Positions 37,666 through 47,543 of a stretch of DNA of 64,000 bases are shown in pieces. Each line of letters opens with the position of its first letter. Positions within the stretch are counted from its first letter, which is position 1. The notes beneath the pieces are model-generated. The model ran no database searches. It was not told the origin of the DNA and saw only the letters and a list, made by a program, of their open reading frames with translations. A program made the position numbers and the translations under genes. The stretch is from Bacteroidota bacterium (lineage in GTDB: Bacteria; Bacteroidota; Bacteroidia; Bacteroidales; FEN-979). The DNA lies in contig JAPLDL010000022.1 in NCBI GenBank assembly GCA_026391735.1, forward strand, positions 262,825 through 326,824, in the 5' to 3' direction.

Positions 37666-38619
37666 ATGAAACAGGGATCTGTTCAAAACGCCCCCGGGAT
37701 TGCAATTGTGACAATGAATTCGTATTTTTGCATACTACCCCCAACTATACTGATGACAATACAAAAGCTGGCATATGAATTCCGTTTCAAGATAGGTATT
37801 GTTCTTCTTTTCATCCTTCTTGAGAATGTATCATGGATCATAGAACCCGGTTATTTTGGGATGCTGCTTGACAGGCTGATCGACTACTTTTACGACCACG
37901 AAAAAGTCAATTATTTATATCCGCTCTTTGTCTGGATCTTCATTTACATGCTGAACATTGTCGGAGGTACGATGAGCCGCTATCTGAGTGGCCGCATTTA
38001 TTCCAGGATGTTCTCGGATGTCGCTGAGAAGGTGATCATCCTGTCGCGCAAGAAAGGGGACCCTGTATCCAAAACTCTTATCAGGGCGGAACTCACGAAA
38101 GAATATGTGATCTTCTTCAAAGAAAGGTTGCCTGAAATCACCTGGCAATTCTGTGCAACATTCGGGGCGATCATTGCCATGTTTTTCTATGACTGGCGGA
38201 TCGCGGCAGTTTGTCTGGCCGTTGTTGGCCCTTTATTTCTTTTTTCACAGTTTTATAAAAAGAATGTTCTTGCCCTTCAAAGGAACATCCGCGACACACA
38301 GGAGGATCTATACAAAGTTGTGGAATATAAGGGTACAGCTGCTATTCATGAGCTCTACAGGAAAATGGTTGGCCCTCAGTTCAAGATTGCCAGGTGGAAT
38401 TCCATTAATTATTTTGTCCTGAAGGTTATCCTGATGGGGATTTTTATTGTAGTACTTTTTATCTGCGTGGATGTTGACCGGTTCTCAACAGGAAATATTT
38501 ATTCCATAGTAGCCTATTTATGGACCTTTATTGCATCGGCCGAGTATTTGCCTGGTTTGATGGAAAGCTATACCTCAGTAAGGGAACTGGATCACCGGTT
38601 AAAGGAAGAAGTCATCTGA
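37666..38619 (+). CDS. ABC-exporter-type six-TM domain protein without an ATPase domain
   Basis: Type I exporter TMD layout. It ends where an NBD would begin, and the next gene is on the opposite strand. The true start may be ATG 37753 (MTIQKL). Confidence 0.6.
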   Translation: MKQGSVQNAPGIAIVTMNSYFCILPPTILMTIQKLAYEFRFKIGIVLLFILLENVSWIIEPGYFGMLLDRLIDYFYDHEKVNYLYPLFVWIFIYMLNIVGGTMSRYLSGRIYSRMFSDVAEKVIILSRKKGDPVSKTLIRAELTKEYVIFFKERLPEITWQFCATFGAIIAMFFYDWRIAAVCLAVVGPLFLFSQFYKKNVLALQRNIRDTQEDLYKVVEYKGTAAIHELYRKMVGPQFKIARWNSINYFVLKVILMGIFIVVLFICVDVDRFSTGNIYSIVAYLWTFIASAEYLPGLMESYTSVRELDHRLKEEVI

Positions 38620-38663
38620 AAAAAGGTTTACCAGGTTGACGTTAGCAAGCATTGAAGCTATGT

Positions 38664-39644
38664 TTATACCGGGCGACCCAGAGCCTGTTCCACTATTCGC
38701 CTGATCACATCGACATGATTCATTCCTGCCATTTCCGATGCAGCCATAAACCCGCCGGAACCCGATAAACAAGGATTTGCGTTGATGTCAATGACATAAG
38801 GGTTTAAGTTATGGTCTATCCTGAAATCGAGACGAACATATCCTTTTAACCCCAGTTTATTCCAGGTTTTTTCACAGATCTGTTTCATCCTTAATTGTAA
38901 GAAGGTATCAAGATTTTCAACATCAAAGGTTCTCCGGGTGTTCAGGTATTCAAAAGAATCTTCTTTCCATTTTGCCGAATATCCCATTATTTTCGGTTTC
39001 CCTTCAGGAAAGTTAAGAAAATTCATCTCTGCGAATGGCAGAACTTCCGGTCCCTGCTTCCCTCCGATAATTGAAATATTAAATTCCCTGCCTTCAATAA
39101 ATTCCTCAATGAAATAGTAATCGGGGTTCTTTTGAGTAAGGCTCTTTATATACTTTTTATCATTACCCTGGAACACATTTTCCTCATCAAGTCCGAGAGA
39201 ACCCTCTTCCCATATAGGTTTCAGGATATATTTTTTTTCATGATCAAATCTCCTGAGTTCGGTCAGCTCCATCCATGGTGGAGTGGGAATGCCTAAGCGT
39301 TTCATTTCGATCTTTGCTCTTAATTTATTTGCGGCAAAGAAAAGCGGGATCAGGGGTGACCCTGTAAAGGGTATTTCCAGGTAACTGTACACTGCTGCCG
39401 GGAAATACACAAATTCTCCCCGGTTAAGAATGGTTTCAACGAGGTTGAAAATGAAACAGGGTTTTATTCTGCTGATAGTATCGAGAGTTTGTTGGAGGTT
39501 CAGATCAACTTGTGCAGTCTTTACTTTGAAGTTCAGTTGTTCCAAAGCGCTTCTCACAATATCGGCCTGCTCAAGTACATCAAGTTCGTCTTCGGTAGGT
39601 TTTTCCGATAACTTGCCATGTAATATCAATGCAGTTTCTTTCAT
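38664..39644 (-). CDS. ATP-grasp ligase (Ddl/RimK-like)
   Basis: 326 aa with ATP-grasp features (KP..EGS.G, EEFI.GREF, and C-terminal D..I...G..YV.EIN.NP). Confidence 0.7.
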   Translation of the reverse strand: MKETALILHGKLSEKPTEDELDVLEQADIVRSALEQLNFKVKTAQVDLNLQQTLDTISRIKPCFIFNLVETILNRGEFVYFPAAVYSYLEIPFTGSPLIPLFFAANKLRAKIEMKRLGIPTPPWMELTELRRFDHEKKYILKPIWEEGSLGLDEENVFQGNDKKYIKSLTQKNPDYYFIEEFIEGREFNISIIGGKQGPEVLPFAEMNFLNFPEGKPKIMGYSAKWKEDSFEYLNTRRTFDVENLDTFLQLRMKQICEKTWNKLGLKGYVRLDFRIDHNLNPYVIDINANPCLSGSGGFMAASEMAGMNHVDVIRRIVEQALGRPV

Positions 39645-39661
39645 TCAGGAAATTTATGGTA

Positions 39662-40639
39662 TTACAGATTGCTCCTTTTTTGTGCCGATTCCATGATCAT
39701 CCCGATCAGTTGCTGATACTCTATTCCCTGGAGTCTGCAAATAATCGGGAGATCCGAATGAACCGGATTCAGGCCGGCCAGCGGATTAACTTCAATAAAC
39801 CCGGGAACTCCATGCTTATCCAATCGAAGATCGACCCTGCCCCCGTCTCTGCAGTTAAGGACCCTCCATGCCGAAAGGGCAACTTCTTCGCAAGCCCGGG
39901 CCACAGGTTCATCCACGATCCGGTAGGTCACCCTTTCTTCATAAAATGCTTTATTAATGTATGAATAGCCATGTGCTTCGGCCTGTTCAGTAAACAGTAC
40001 CTCCATGGTTCCCAGGCAGCGTGCTTCCTTTCCTGTGCCCACAATAGCAACCGTGAATTCCCTGCCCGGAAGATAGGTCTCAATAATAAGCCCTTGCTTA
40101 TAAACCGGCAATAACTCCATGCAGATCTTCTCCAGTTCAGCCGGGGTATCTACCTTACTTTTCGAATTGATCCCTTTTCCGGTGCCTTCGGCAACAGGTT
40201 TAATAAAAAGAGGGTAGGGGAGAGTAACTGATTTTATCTCTTCGTTATTTGTGACTACAGTAAAAGCAGGAGTAGGAATGCCGCAATCCCTTACCACATT
40301 CTTAGTAAAGCCTTTGTGAAGGGTAAGTGCAAGTATCAGTGTGTCGGAAAAAGTATAAGGAATATTATAAGCATCGAGCAATGCCGGAACCTGGGCTTCG
40401 CGCCCAACGCCGTACAATCCTTCGCAGATATTGAAGACCAAATCCCAGCGATCGCCTTTATCAAGTCTCTGCACGAGCTGTCTCAGATGGCCGATTCGGT
40501 CGGTAGTATAGCCGAGGCCTTGCAATGCACCTTCAATGCCTGCTACCGTTTCTTCTTTATCAAATTCTGCTGTTTCTTCTTCCGAAAAACCTTCTTTCAG
40601 GTAATCTGACCGCAGGTCATAAGTTAGGCCGACTACCAT
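39662..40639 (-). CDS. D-alanine--D-alanine ligase family ATP-grasp protein
   Basis: 325 aa: FNICEGLYG..REAQVPALLD, PLFIKPVAEGTGKGI, ETYLPGREFTV and RVDLRLD..G.P.FIEVNPLAG. Confidence 0.75.
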   Translation of the reverse strand: MVVGLTYDLRSDYLKEGFSEEETAEFDKEETVAGIEGALQGLGYTTDRIGHLRQLVQRLDKGDRWDLVFNICEGLYGVGREAQVPALLDAYNIPYTFSDTLILALTLHKGFTKNVVRDCGIPTPAFTVVTNNEEIKSVTLPYPLFIKPVAEGTGKGINSKSKVDTPAELEKICMELLPVYKQGLIIETYLPGREFTVAIVGTGKEARCLGTMEVLFTEQAEAHGYSYINKAFYEERVTYRIVDEPVARACEEVALSAWRVLNCRDGGRVDLRLDKHGVPGFIEVNPLAGLNPVHSDLPIICRLQGIEYQQLIGMIMESAQKRSNL

Positions 40640-40642
40640 GGG

Positions 40643-41932
40643 CTAGGAAAAATCCGGATATTGAAATTCCCTGTTCTCGAAATTTCTGAGTCTTGCATAG
40701 CCGTCCTCTCCCTTACCCAGATAATAATCGGGGAGAAGAGGGATCTTTCCCCCGCCTCCGGGTGCGTCAACCACATAGGTTGGAACGGCATAGCCGCTGG
40801 TATGGCCCCTGAGACCTTCCATGATCTCCAAACCTTTTTTGATGCTTGTCCTGAAATGGCCTGAGCCGAGGACCGGGTCGCACTGGTAGATATAATAAGG
40901 CTTGACTCTGGCGCGTAGTAAAGCATGCATCAGGTTTTTCATCACTTCAATATCATCGTTGATACCTTTCAGCAGGACCGTCTGGCTTCCAAGAGGAATT
41001 CCTGCATTAGCCAGCTTTTCGCAAGCTTCCCTGACTTCGGGAGTCAGTTCATCGCTATGAGTGAAATGTATGCTCAGGTATAAAGGATGATATTTCTTAA
41101 GCATATTAACCAAGGGGCGGGTGATGCGCTGGGGCATTACCACCGGGACTTTCGTACCTATGCGGATGATCTCCACGTGGGGAATGCTGCGAAGCCGGGA
41201 AAGCAGGTATTCAAGATGCAGGTCGGGCATAGTAAACGGGTCGCCGCCCGAAATCAGGACATCCCTGATCTCTTTATGTTCCTGGATGTAGTTGAGACCA
41301 GCTTCCCAGGCCTTGATACCTACATGGCATTTATCTTTCGCTACCATCCTTGTCCGGGTACAGTATCTGCAATAAGTTGAACAGAATCCCGTGACCAGGA
41401 ACAAAACGCGGTCGGGATAGCGGTGTACAATATTTTCAACAGGGCTGTCATGTTCTTCCGAAAGAGGATCGGCATTTTCGCCCGGGTGCACAATAAATTC
41501 ATCGAACACAGGGACCACGCTCTTACGCAGGGGATGTTCGGGGTTCATCCTGTCGAGCAGGCTGATGTAATACGGGGTTATCCTTAGTGGTAGTGAATGA
41601 TTGTTCCCGTCGGGTTTGACTTCGTTGTCGGATAAATTGATAAATCTTGCCAGTTGCCTGATTGAGCGGGCTGAATTTTTAATCTGCCAGTGCCAGTTAT
41701 TCCAATCCTTAAGCGTTGCCTCAGGAAAAAATTCCTGCATAAAGGCAAGGGAACGGTCAGAGGTCAGGGATTTGTCGCGATCGGTGCGGGATTTCAGGTA
41801 TTCATCCAGGAAGGATGCTTCGTCGATGAAGGATGGTTTACTTGGAGGTTCTTCTTCTTCGGAGAGTTCTGGACGAGGAATGGCCAGCTTCTCGTTCGGT
41901 AATTTTTCCATTGCAGTTTTTTGAATGTTCAA
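40643..41932 (-). CDS. KamA-family radical SAM aminomutase (lysine 2,3-aminomutase-like)
   Basis: CSTYCRYCTR (CxxxCxxC) cluster, RDVLISGGDP, and a downstream HF.H..E layout typical of KamA/AblA/EpmB enzymes. Confidence 0.85.
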   Translation of the reverse strand: MNIQKTAMEKLPNEKLAIPRPELSEEEEPPSKPSFIDEASFLDEYLKSRTDRDKSLTSDRSLAFMQEFFPEATLKDWNNWHWQIKNSARSIRQLARFINLSDNEVKPDGNNHSLPLRITPYYISLLDRMNPEHPLRKSVVPVFDEFIVHPGENADPLSEEHDSPVENIVHRYPDRVLFLVTGFCSTYCRYCTRTRMVAKDKCHVGIKAWEAGLNYIQEHKEIRDVLISGGDPFTMPDLHLEYLLSRLRSIPHVEIIRIGTKVPVVMPQRITRPLVNMLKKYHPLYLSIHFTHSDELTPEVREACEKLANAGIPLGSQTVLLKGINDDIEVMKNLMHALLRARVKPYYIYQCDPVLGSGHFRTSIKKGLEIMEGLRGHTSGYAVPTYVVDAPGGGGKIPLLPDYYLGKGEDGYARLRNFENREFQYPDFS

Positions 41933-42136
41933 TTAGTATTAATTTAATGATGCCCCTTTGAATTAAAGCGGATGAATAAACGTTGAAATTTTAATTTATT
42001 ATGTAAAGAAAAAATAAACATTATCAGTAATTTTTTTTCGCGTACAAAAATACATCGCATATCCCTGGATTTTTATTTATTTTTGAAGAATATCATAAAT
42101 TTTGTTAACAGGAATTTGTTAATAAACTTCCTCTAA

Positions 42137-42907
42137 ATGAAGCTGTTCTGCAGACAGTTTGGAAGCGGTCCACCCATGGTCATCCTTCACGGACTGTTTG
42201 GTATTTCTGACAATTGGGTAAGTATAGCGCGTACACTCGGCGAACAGTATACGGTTTACGTTCCCGATCTTCGCAATCACGGACAGTCACCGCATAGTCC
42301 GGTATTCGACTTTAATGTTCTGGAGGATGACCTGCTCGGGTTGATCGAAGAGTACGGCCTTGAGAATATCATTTTGGCCGGCCATTCTCTCGGCGGGAAG
42401 ACGGCCATGTATTTCGCGCTCCATCATCCGCAGATGATAAAAAAACTGGTGATCGTGGATATCAGCCTGAGGAAGGCCCCGGTAAATACCGAGCATCAGA
42501 TGCTCATTGACGCCATGCTGAATGTTGATTTTTCACGGGTTTCTGCGCGTTCCGATGTGGATCGGCAGTTGCAGGCCACAGTGAAAAGCCAGCGGTTAAG
42601 GCAGTTTCTTCTGAAAAACGTTTACTGGCGTGATGATAAAACCCTTGACTGGAGGCTGAACCTGCATGCGATCAATGAAAATCTCCTGAATATTTTTGAG
42701 GGTGTGGATGTTCCCTTACAGTATTCGGGTCCAGCTTTATTAATACGTGGCGGGCGTTCTGGTTATGTCATGGATGAGGACTTCGTGGACTTGAAAAATA
42801 AATTCCCCGGGTTGGTTGTGAAGACTATTCCGGAGGCCGGACATTGGGTTCACGCAGATTCACCCGGGGAATTCCTGGAAGCCCTAAGGGCTTTTCTTGA
42901 TCAATAG
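42137..42907 (+). CDS. Alpha/beta hydrolase (YbfF-like esterase)
   Basis: HGLFG oxyanion region, nucleophile elbow GHSLGG and a C-terminal GHW.H. Confidence 0.8.
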   Translation: MKLFCRQFGSGPPMVILHGLFGISDNWVSIARTLGEQYTVYVPDLRNHGQSPHSPVFDFNVLEDDLLGLIEEYGLENIILAGHSLGGKTAMYFALHHPQMIKKLVIVDISLRKAPVNTEHQMLIDAMLNVDFSRVSARSDVDRQLQATVKSQRLRQFLLKNVYWRDDKTLDWRLNLHAINENLLNIFEGVDVPLQYSGPALLIRGGRSGYVMDEDFVDLKNKFPGLVVKTIPEAGHWVHADSPGEFLEALRAFLDQ

Positions 42908-43833
42908 CGATTCACTTCAATACTGGAGACAGCAGTCTCAATCGTAATATAGATCTTCTTTTTGCTGCTGTTAAAGTTTGAAGTCTGATACATCCGGTCA
43001 GCTTTTTTATCGAATCCTTTAAAGTTGCGACTGATCAGAAAAGACTCTGAGTTGATCTGGCATCCTGTACCTTCGGGAACTTCAACTTTTATAGATGATG
43101 CTCCTGCGTTCAGCGAGACATGGGTACAGGGGCTTTTATCTCCCAGTTTCATTTTGATGGATGAAGCGCCAGCATCCACCGAAATAGTATCAATGATATA
43201 ATTTGTAAGGTCGAGGTTCATTTCGGCCGCCCCTACGTCGAATATCATTTTCCAGGCAGGCTTTTCATTCAGTTTGATGTCGACTTTATTACTATGGACC
43301 GATCCGCTCACATGTTCTTTTTCCATTGAGAGGTTGATTTTTTTCACGCCAAGCGTATCTTTTGACGTGAGGGAATAGTTGCCGATATCTCCGGTTTTCC
43401 TGAAGCTCATAAAGTCGGAAGTGAGACCTTCTATGGTAAAGGAACCGGCTGCAGCATCAAGGTCCAGGATGCCCCGTTTTGTGAGGGTATCGGTTGGCAC
43501 ACTTAAATTCTGCTCAGAATAATTACCTTTGGAGCTATCATCGTCACTGTTCCAGTCATAGTGATTCTGCCAACCGTTATGAAATCCCCACCAGGGAGTG
43601 TTTTCAGTGAGACGGTTGAAGAAGGTCACCGTAAATGCCAGGATGATTATAACCGAGATTATTTTATACAGGTCTTTGATAGGGAGCACAGCAATACCCC
43701 AGAAAACAAGGATCAGGGGCCAGAGGTTCCAGAGGATGCGCCATCCTGAATTTACGAATCCCAGGTTGCTCAAAAGGATCAGAAGTCCGAGAGAGATCAG
43801 GATTACGGGCCAGAAAACATGTCTGAATTTCAT
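42901..43833 (-). CDS. LiaF/DUF4097-like membrane protein
   Basis: An N-terminal cluster of 3-4 TM helices, then a beta-rich repeated C-terminal domain. It neighbours a PspC-domain gene. Confidence 0.55.
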   Translation of the reverse strand: MKFRHVFWPVILISLGLLILLSNLGFVNSGWRILWNLWPLILVFWGIAVLPIKDLYKIISVIIILAFTVTFFNRLTENTPWWGFHNGWQNHYDWNSDDDSSKGNYSEQNLSVPTDTLTKRGILDLDAAAGSFTIEGLTSDFMSFRKTGDIGNYSLTSKDTLGVKKINLSMEKEHVSGSVHSNKVDIKLNEKPAWKMIFDVGAAEMNLDLTNYIIDTISVDAGASSIKMKLGDKSPCTHVSLNAGASSIKVEVPEGTGCQINSESFLISRNFKGFDKKADRMYQTSNFNSSKKKIYITIETAVSSIEVNRY

Positions 43834-43856
43834 ATGATTTTATTTAAGTGTGAAAC

Positions 43857-44411
43857 TTATTTTTTTCCTGTAAAGGCATTGATCAGGAGTCCGGCTCCGA
43901 TAACCACTAGTAAAATAGGCCAGAGGTCCCCGAAGTCGACATTGGGAACAAGCTGGTTGACCAGGAACAAAGTCCCAAGGGTTATCAGAACCAGTCCGCC
44001 GATAAGGCTTCCTTTGGATTTTTCAGTGGTTGTTTTAAACGGATCAATTCCGGCAGTTTTTTGAGGATCTGCAGTCTGGAACGGATCCTGTTTTGCAAAC
44101 GGGTCCTGTTTTGCAAACGGGTCCTGGGGTTTGAAAGGATCGGCCGGGCCTGATGCACCAGGGCCTGGAGCGGTTCCTGAAGTAGTTCCTGAAGTGGTCC
44201 CCGAATTGAACTGTTCGTATGAGACCGGTTTTTCGGGTGTGACGATCCACAGGATGAAGTAGATTAAAACTCCTCCCCCTCCGGCAAGTGCGAGAACAAC
44301 AAAGGCAAGACGGAGCAGAAGGGGATCCGTGTCGAAATAATCAGCAAGGCCTCCGGCTACGCCCGCTATCTTGCGGTCGATGAGGCTACGGTATAAACGT
44401 TTAGGTTCCAT
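43857..44411 (-). CDS. PspC-domain membrane protein
   Basis: LYRSLIDRKIAGVAGGLADYFDTDPLLLRLAFVVLAL is a PspC domain. The middle carries QDPFAK repeats and there is a C-terminal TM pair. Confidence 0.8.
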   Translation of the reverse strand: MEPKRLYRSLIDRKIAGVAGGLADYFDTDPLLLRLAFVVLALAGGGGVLIYFILWIVTPEKPVSYEQFNSGTTSGTTSGTAPGPGASGPADPFKPQDPFAKQDPFAKQDPFQTADPQKTAGIDPFKTTTEKSKGSLIGGLVLITLGTLFLVNQLVPNVDFGDLWPILLVVIGAGLLINAFTGKK

Positions 44412-44465
44412 TTTTCATTAGGTTTAGATGAAAGCTTAGACGTTAGGGAAAGATTCAGGTTACAC

Positions 44466-45305
44466 TCAGCCGGCCGGCAGGTTTTTTCGGCGGTACATGC
44501 GGGAAGAAAGAAGAACGCTGAGTTCGAATAAGCCGTATAAAGGGAAAAAAACAATAAGCTGGCTGAACATATCCGGACTGGGGGTAATTACGCCGGCCAC
44601 GATGAGTATCACAACCAGTGTATGTTTCCTGTATTTCTTCAGCATTGCGGGTGTTATGATACCCAATTTGGTAAGAAGCAAGATAAGCACGGGAAGTTCA
44701 AATACCACACCCATAAGCAAGGTAAGCAGGGTTATATTGCTGACGTATGATGTAAGCGCAATCTGATTTTTAACTGTTTCGCTCACAGTATATCCTCCCA
44801 GGAAATTTATCATCAGCGGGGCTACGATAAAATAGGAAAAAAGCACGCCCGTGATGAACAGGAAGAAAACCACAAAGACTGTTCCCCGCGATGCACGGAT
44901 CTCTTTATCGGTAAGCCCTGGCTTGATAAACCTCCATAGTTCCCATAATATGTAAGGTAGGGCAAGTACCAGACCGGCAATAAGCGAAATATTCATATGG
45001 GCCAGGAATTGTCCTGCCAGGCTTATGTTGATGAGTTCAAAATGAGAAGGGTCAATGCAGAGGGAGGGCATCGAAATCTTATTCCCTAACATGCATAACA
45101 AACGATAGGTGATAAAATTCTTTGATTTTGGCCCGAGAATGATAGTGTCGAACAGAATGTCCTTGAAGGCAAATGCCACAAGTGATAACAGGAATGCAAC
45201 GAGCAGCGAGCGCCATATAGTGCCCCTGAGCACATCCAGGTGCTCCCAGAAGGACATCTCGTCCCCGTTTTTGTTTTTTTTACTTAATCCGCGGAATCCA
45301 AACAT
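44466..45305 (-). CDS. tatC: Twin-arginine translocase subunit TatC
   Basis: MSFWEHLDVLRGTIWRSL... and six TM helices. The start is uncertain (ATG 45305 or 45257; the track ORF extends to 45359). Confidence 0.85.
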   Translation of the reverse strand: MFGFRGLSKKNKNGDEMSFWEHLDVLRGTIWRSLLVAFLLSLVAFAFKDILFDTIILGPKSKNFITYRLLCMLGNKISMPSLCIDPSHFELINISLAGQFLAHMNISLIAGLVLALPYILWELWRFIKPGLTDKEIRASRGTVFVVFFLFITGVLFSYFIVAPLMINFLGGYTVSETVKNQIALTSYVSNITLLTLLMGVVFELPVLILLLTKLGIITPAMLKKYRKHTLVVILIVAGVITPSPDMFSQLIVFFPLYGLFELSVLLSSRMYRRKNLPAG

Positions 45306-45320
45306 AAGAACGCAAAAGTA

Positions 45321-46616
45321 ATGAAATTTAAAAAATGTCGTGTAAATTTGAATTCTCATTCCACTAATGTGAATTCATTTTTAAAAAGATTTCTTGCATT
45401 TCTACTGTTGCTGATATCCGAAGTCACTGTATCCGCCCAGGATCATTCTCTTGATTACTATATCAACAGGGGTGTTGAGAACAATCCGGTACTGATGGAC
45501 CTTTCCAATCAGATCAGATCGAACCAGTATGACAGTCTGATCACCAGGGCAACATACCTTCCGCAGATCAATTTTAATGCACTGATGATGTATGCGCCGG
45601 TAGTCAATGGCTGGGGATACAGTGATGTGATCACCAACGGACAGCAACTCAGCGGGACTCTGAACGTGAATCAGCAGATATTCAATAAAAAAACAAGGGA
45701 AATCAACTACCAGAAGTTCGGGCTTGAAAACAGAAGCCTTGAAAATTCGCGTAATCTGAGCGTTGGGGAGCTTAAAAAAGCCATCACTGCCCAATACCTG
45801 ACTGCATACTCGGCTATTATGGAAGCACAGTTTCAGCAGGAGATCCTGACGACCCTGAAGGAAGAAGAAAAAGTGCTGAAGATTTGGGTTCAGAAGGGGA
45901 CTTACCGCCAAACCGACTATCTCTCGGTTAAAGTCGAGATCATTCAGCTTGAACGAAATATAAGGAATCTTGAATTTCAGTACAGGAAAGAATTTTCGAA
46001 CCTGAATGTGATCTGCGGTATCTCCGACACTACCCTTTACAGGCTAAGCCTTCCCGCTATTGAAGAGATGTTGAAACGTTCATACGAAAGTTCATTGTTT
46101 TTCAGAAAATTCATGATCGACAGCTTGCAGATCCAGACAGAAAAGCTGCTAATAGACCGTAAATACAAACCAACGGTAAGCTGGTTTTCGGATGGCGGAC
46201 TTGTCAACAACGAACCGGTTTACCTTTATCAGAATTTCGGGATCAGTTTTGGAATGAGCCTGAGCCTTCCGGTTTATGACGGGAACCAGCGAAAACTGAA
46301 TTACAGTAAGCTCAGAGTGAAGGAAGAGACCAGGAAAAATTACCTGGATTTTTTCAGGACACAATATAATGTTCAGCTGAAGCAGTTGAAGGATGAACTG
46401 GATAACGTAAGGTCTCTGGCTGTCGACAATGCGAAGCAGGTTGAAATCGTAAAAATGCTGATAGCGCAGGAGAGAGCTGAACTTAATACAGGGACTCTTA
46501 CCATCACCGATTACATCCTTGCTTTGAAGAACCTGGTTGATGCCACTCATGAGGGGGTGCAGTACCAGATAAGGGCACAATATATTCTAAACGAAATTAA
46601 TTACTGGAAGCAATGA
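45321..46616 (+). CDS. TolC-family outer membrane efflux protein
   Basis: Signal peptide and a two-fold repeat helical/beta layout. It is the first gene of a three-gene efflux operon with overlapping stops and starts. Confidence 0.8.
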   Translation: MKFKKCRVNLNSHSTNVNSFLKRFLAFLLLLISEVTVSAQDHSLDYYINRGVENNPVLMDLSNQIRSNQYDSLITRATYLPQINFNALMMYAPVVNGWGYSDVITNGQQLSGTLNVNQQIFNKKTREINYQKFGLENRSLENSRNLSVGELKKAITAQYLTAYSAIMEAQFQQEILTTLKEEEKVLKIWVQKGTYRQTDYLSVKVEIIQLERNIRNLEFQYRKEFSNLNVICGISDTTLYRLSLPAIEEMLKRSYESSLFFRKFMIDSLQIQTEKLLIDRKYKPTVSWFSDGGLVNNEPVYLYQNFGISFGMSLSLPVYDGNQRKLNYSKLRVKEETRKNYLDFFRTQYNVQLKQLKDELDNVRSLAVDNAKQVEIVKMLIAQERAELNTGTLTITDYILALKNLVDATHEGVQYQIRAQYILNEINYWKQ

Positions 46617-47530
46617 AACAAAGGATATGGATGATATTCCAGGTCGGTCTGTGCTGCCTGGTTTTCCTCTACGCCTGCAGGAATTCGCAGGACACCGGGG
46701 AGAAAGCGGTAAGGGCGGTGGTCCCGGCGACCGTCATCCATGTCAGGACAGGTACAATGGCCGAATATGCAGAATTCCCGGCCACTTCGTCTTTTCTTGA
46801 AAGAGCTGTCATTAAATCACCCATCACCGGGTATGTTGAAACATGTTTTGTGTCGGCAGGCGACCGTGCAAAAAAAAGTGAGATGTTGTTCGAGCTCAGG
46901 ACGAAAGAAGCTACGATATTATACCAGGACAGTGTGCATGCGCTGGGAATCACCGGGCTTATTCAGGTGAGGGCATCGATAGAAGGACTTGTTTCGGTGA
47001 TCAATCATCCGAAAGGAGATTTCGTCCAGGAAGGGGAACCACTGTGCACCCTGGTTCTGCCTCAAAGCCTGGTATTTATCCTGGAACTCCCGTTTGAACA
47101 GAAAAACTTTGTGCGGATAGGTTCTGAATGCATTCTTCTCCTGCCCGACAACGATAAAATAATCGCTTCCATTCATGCTGTTTTACCGGCAATGACGGGG
47201 GCATCGCAAACGGTCAGGGTGATCCTGCAACCAAGAATTCCCAAACCTCTTCCTGAAAACCTGATTGCCAGGGTAAAGATCATCAGGAATTTAAAAAACA
47301 AAGTCCTGATCCTTCCTAAATCTTCGGTACTCAGCGACGAGGTGATGAAGAATTTTTGGGTTATGAAGCTTATCAATGATTCCATAGCGGTGAAAATTCC
47401 TGTTATTCCCGGCATTACAGGGGCCGACAGCGTGGAGATCGTTTCCCCTGTCTTTCTGCCCTCCGAACGTTTCCTTACCAGCGGAAACTACGGATTGGGT
47501 GATACAGCGGTTGTACGGATAATAAAATGA
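46613..47530 (+). CDS. Efflux RND periplasmic adaptor (MFP)
   Basis: Lipoprotein-like signal (LYACRNS) and biotinyl-lipoyl-like and beta-barrel segments. It lies between the TolC and RND pump genes. Confidence 0.8.
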   Translation: MKQRIWMIFQVGLCCLVFLYACRNSQDTGEKAVRAVVPATVIHVRTGTMAEYAEFPATSSFLERAVIKSPITGYVETCFVSAGDRAKKSEMLFELRTKEATILYQDSVHALGITGLIQVRASIEGLVSVINHPKGDFVQEGEPLCTLVLPQSLVFILELPFEQKNFVRIGSECILLLPDNDKIIASIHAVLPAMTGASQTVRVILQPRIPKPLPENLIARVKIIRNLKNKVLILPKSSVLSDEVMKNFWVMKLINDSIAVKIPVIPGITGADSVEIVSPVFLPSERFLTSGNYGLGDTAVVRIIK

Positions 47531-47543
47531 TGCGGGATGCAGG

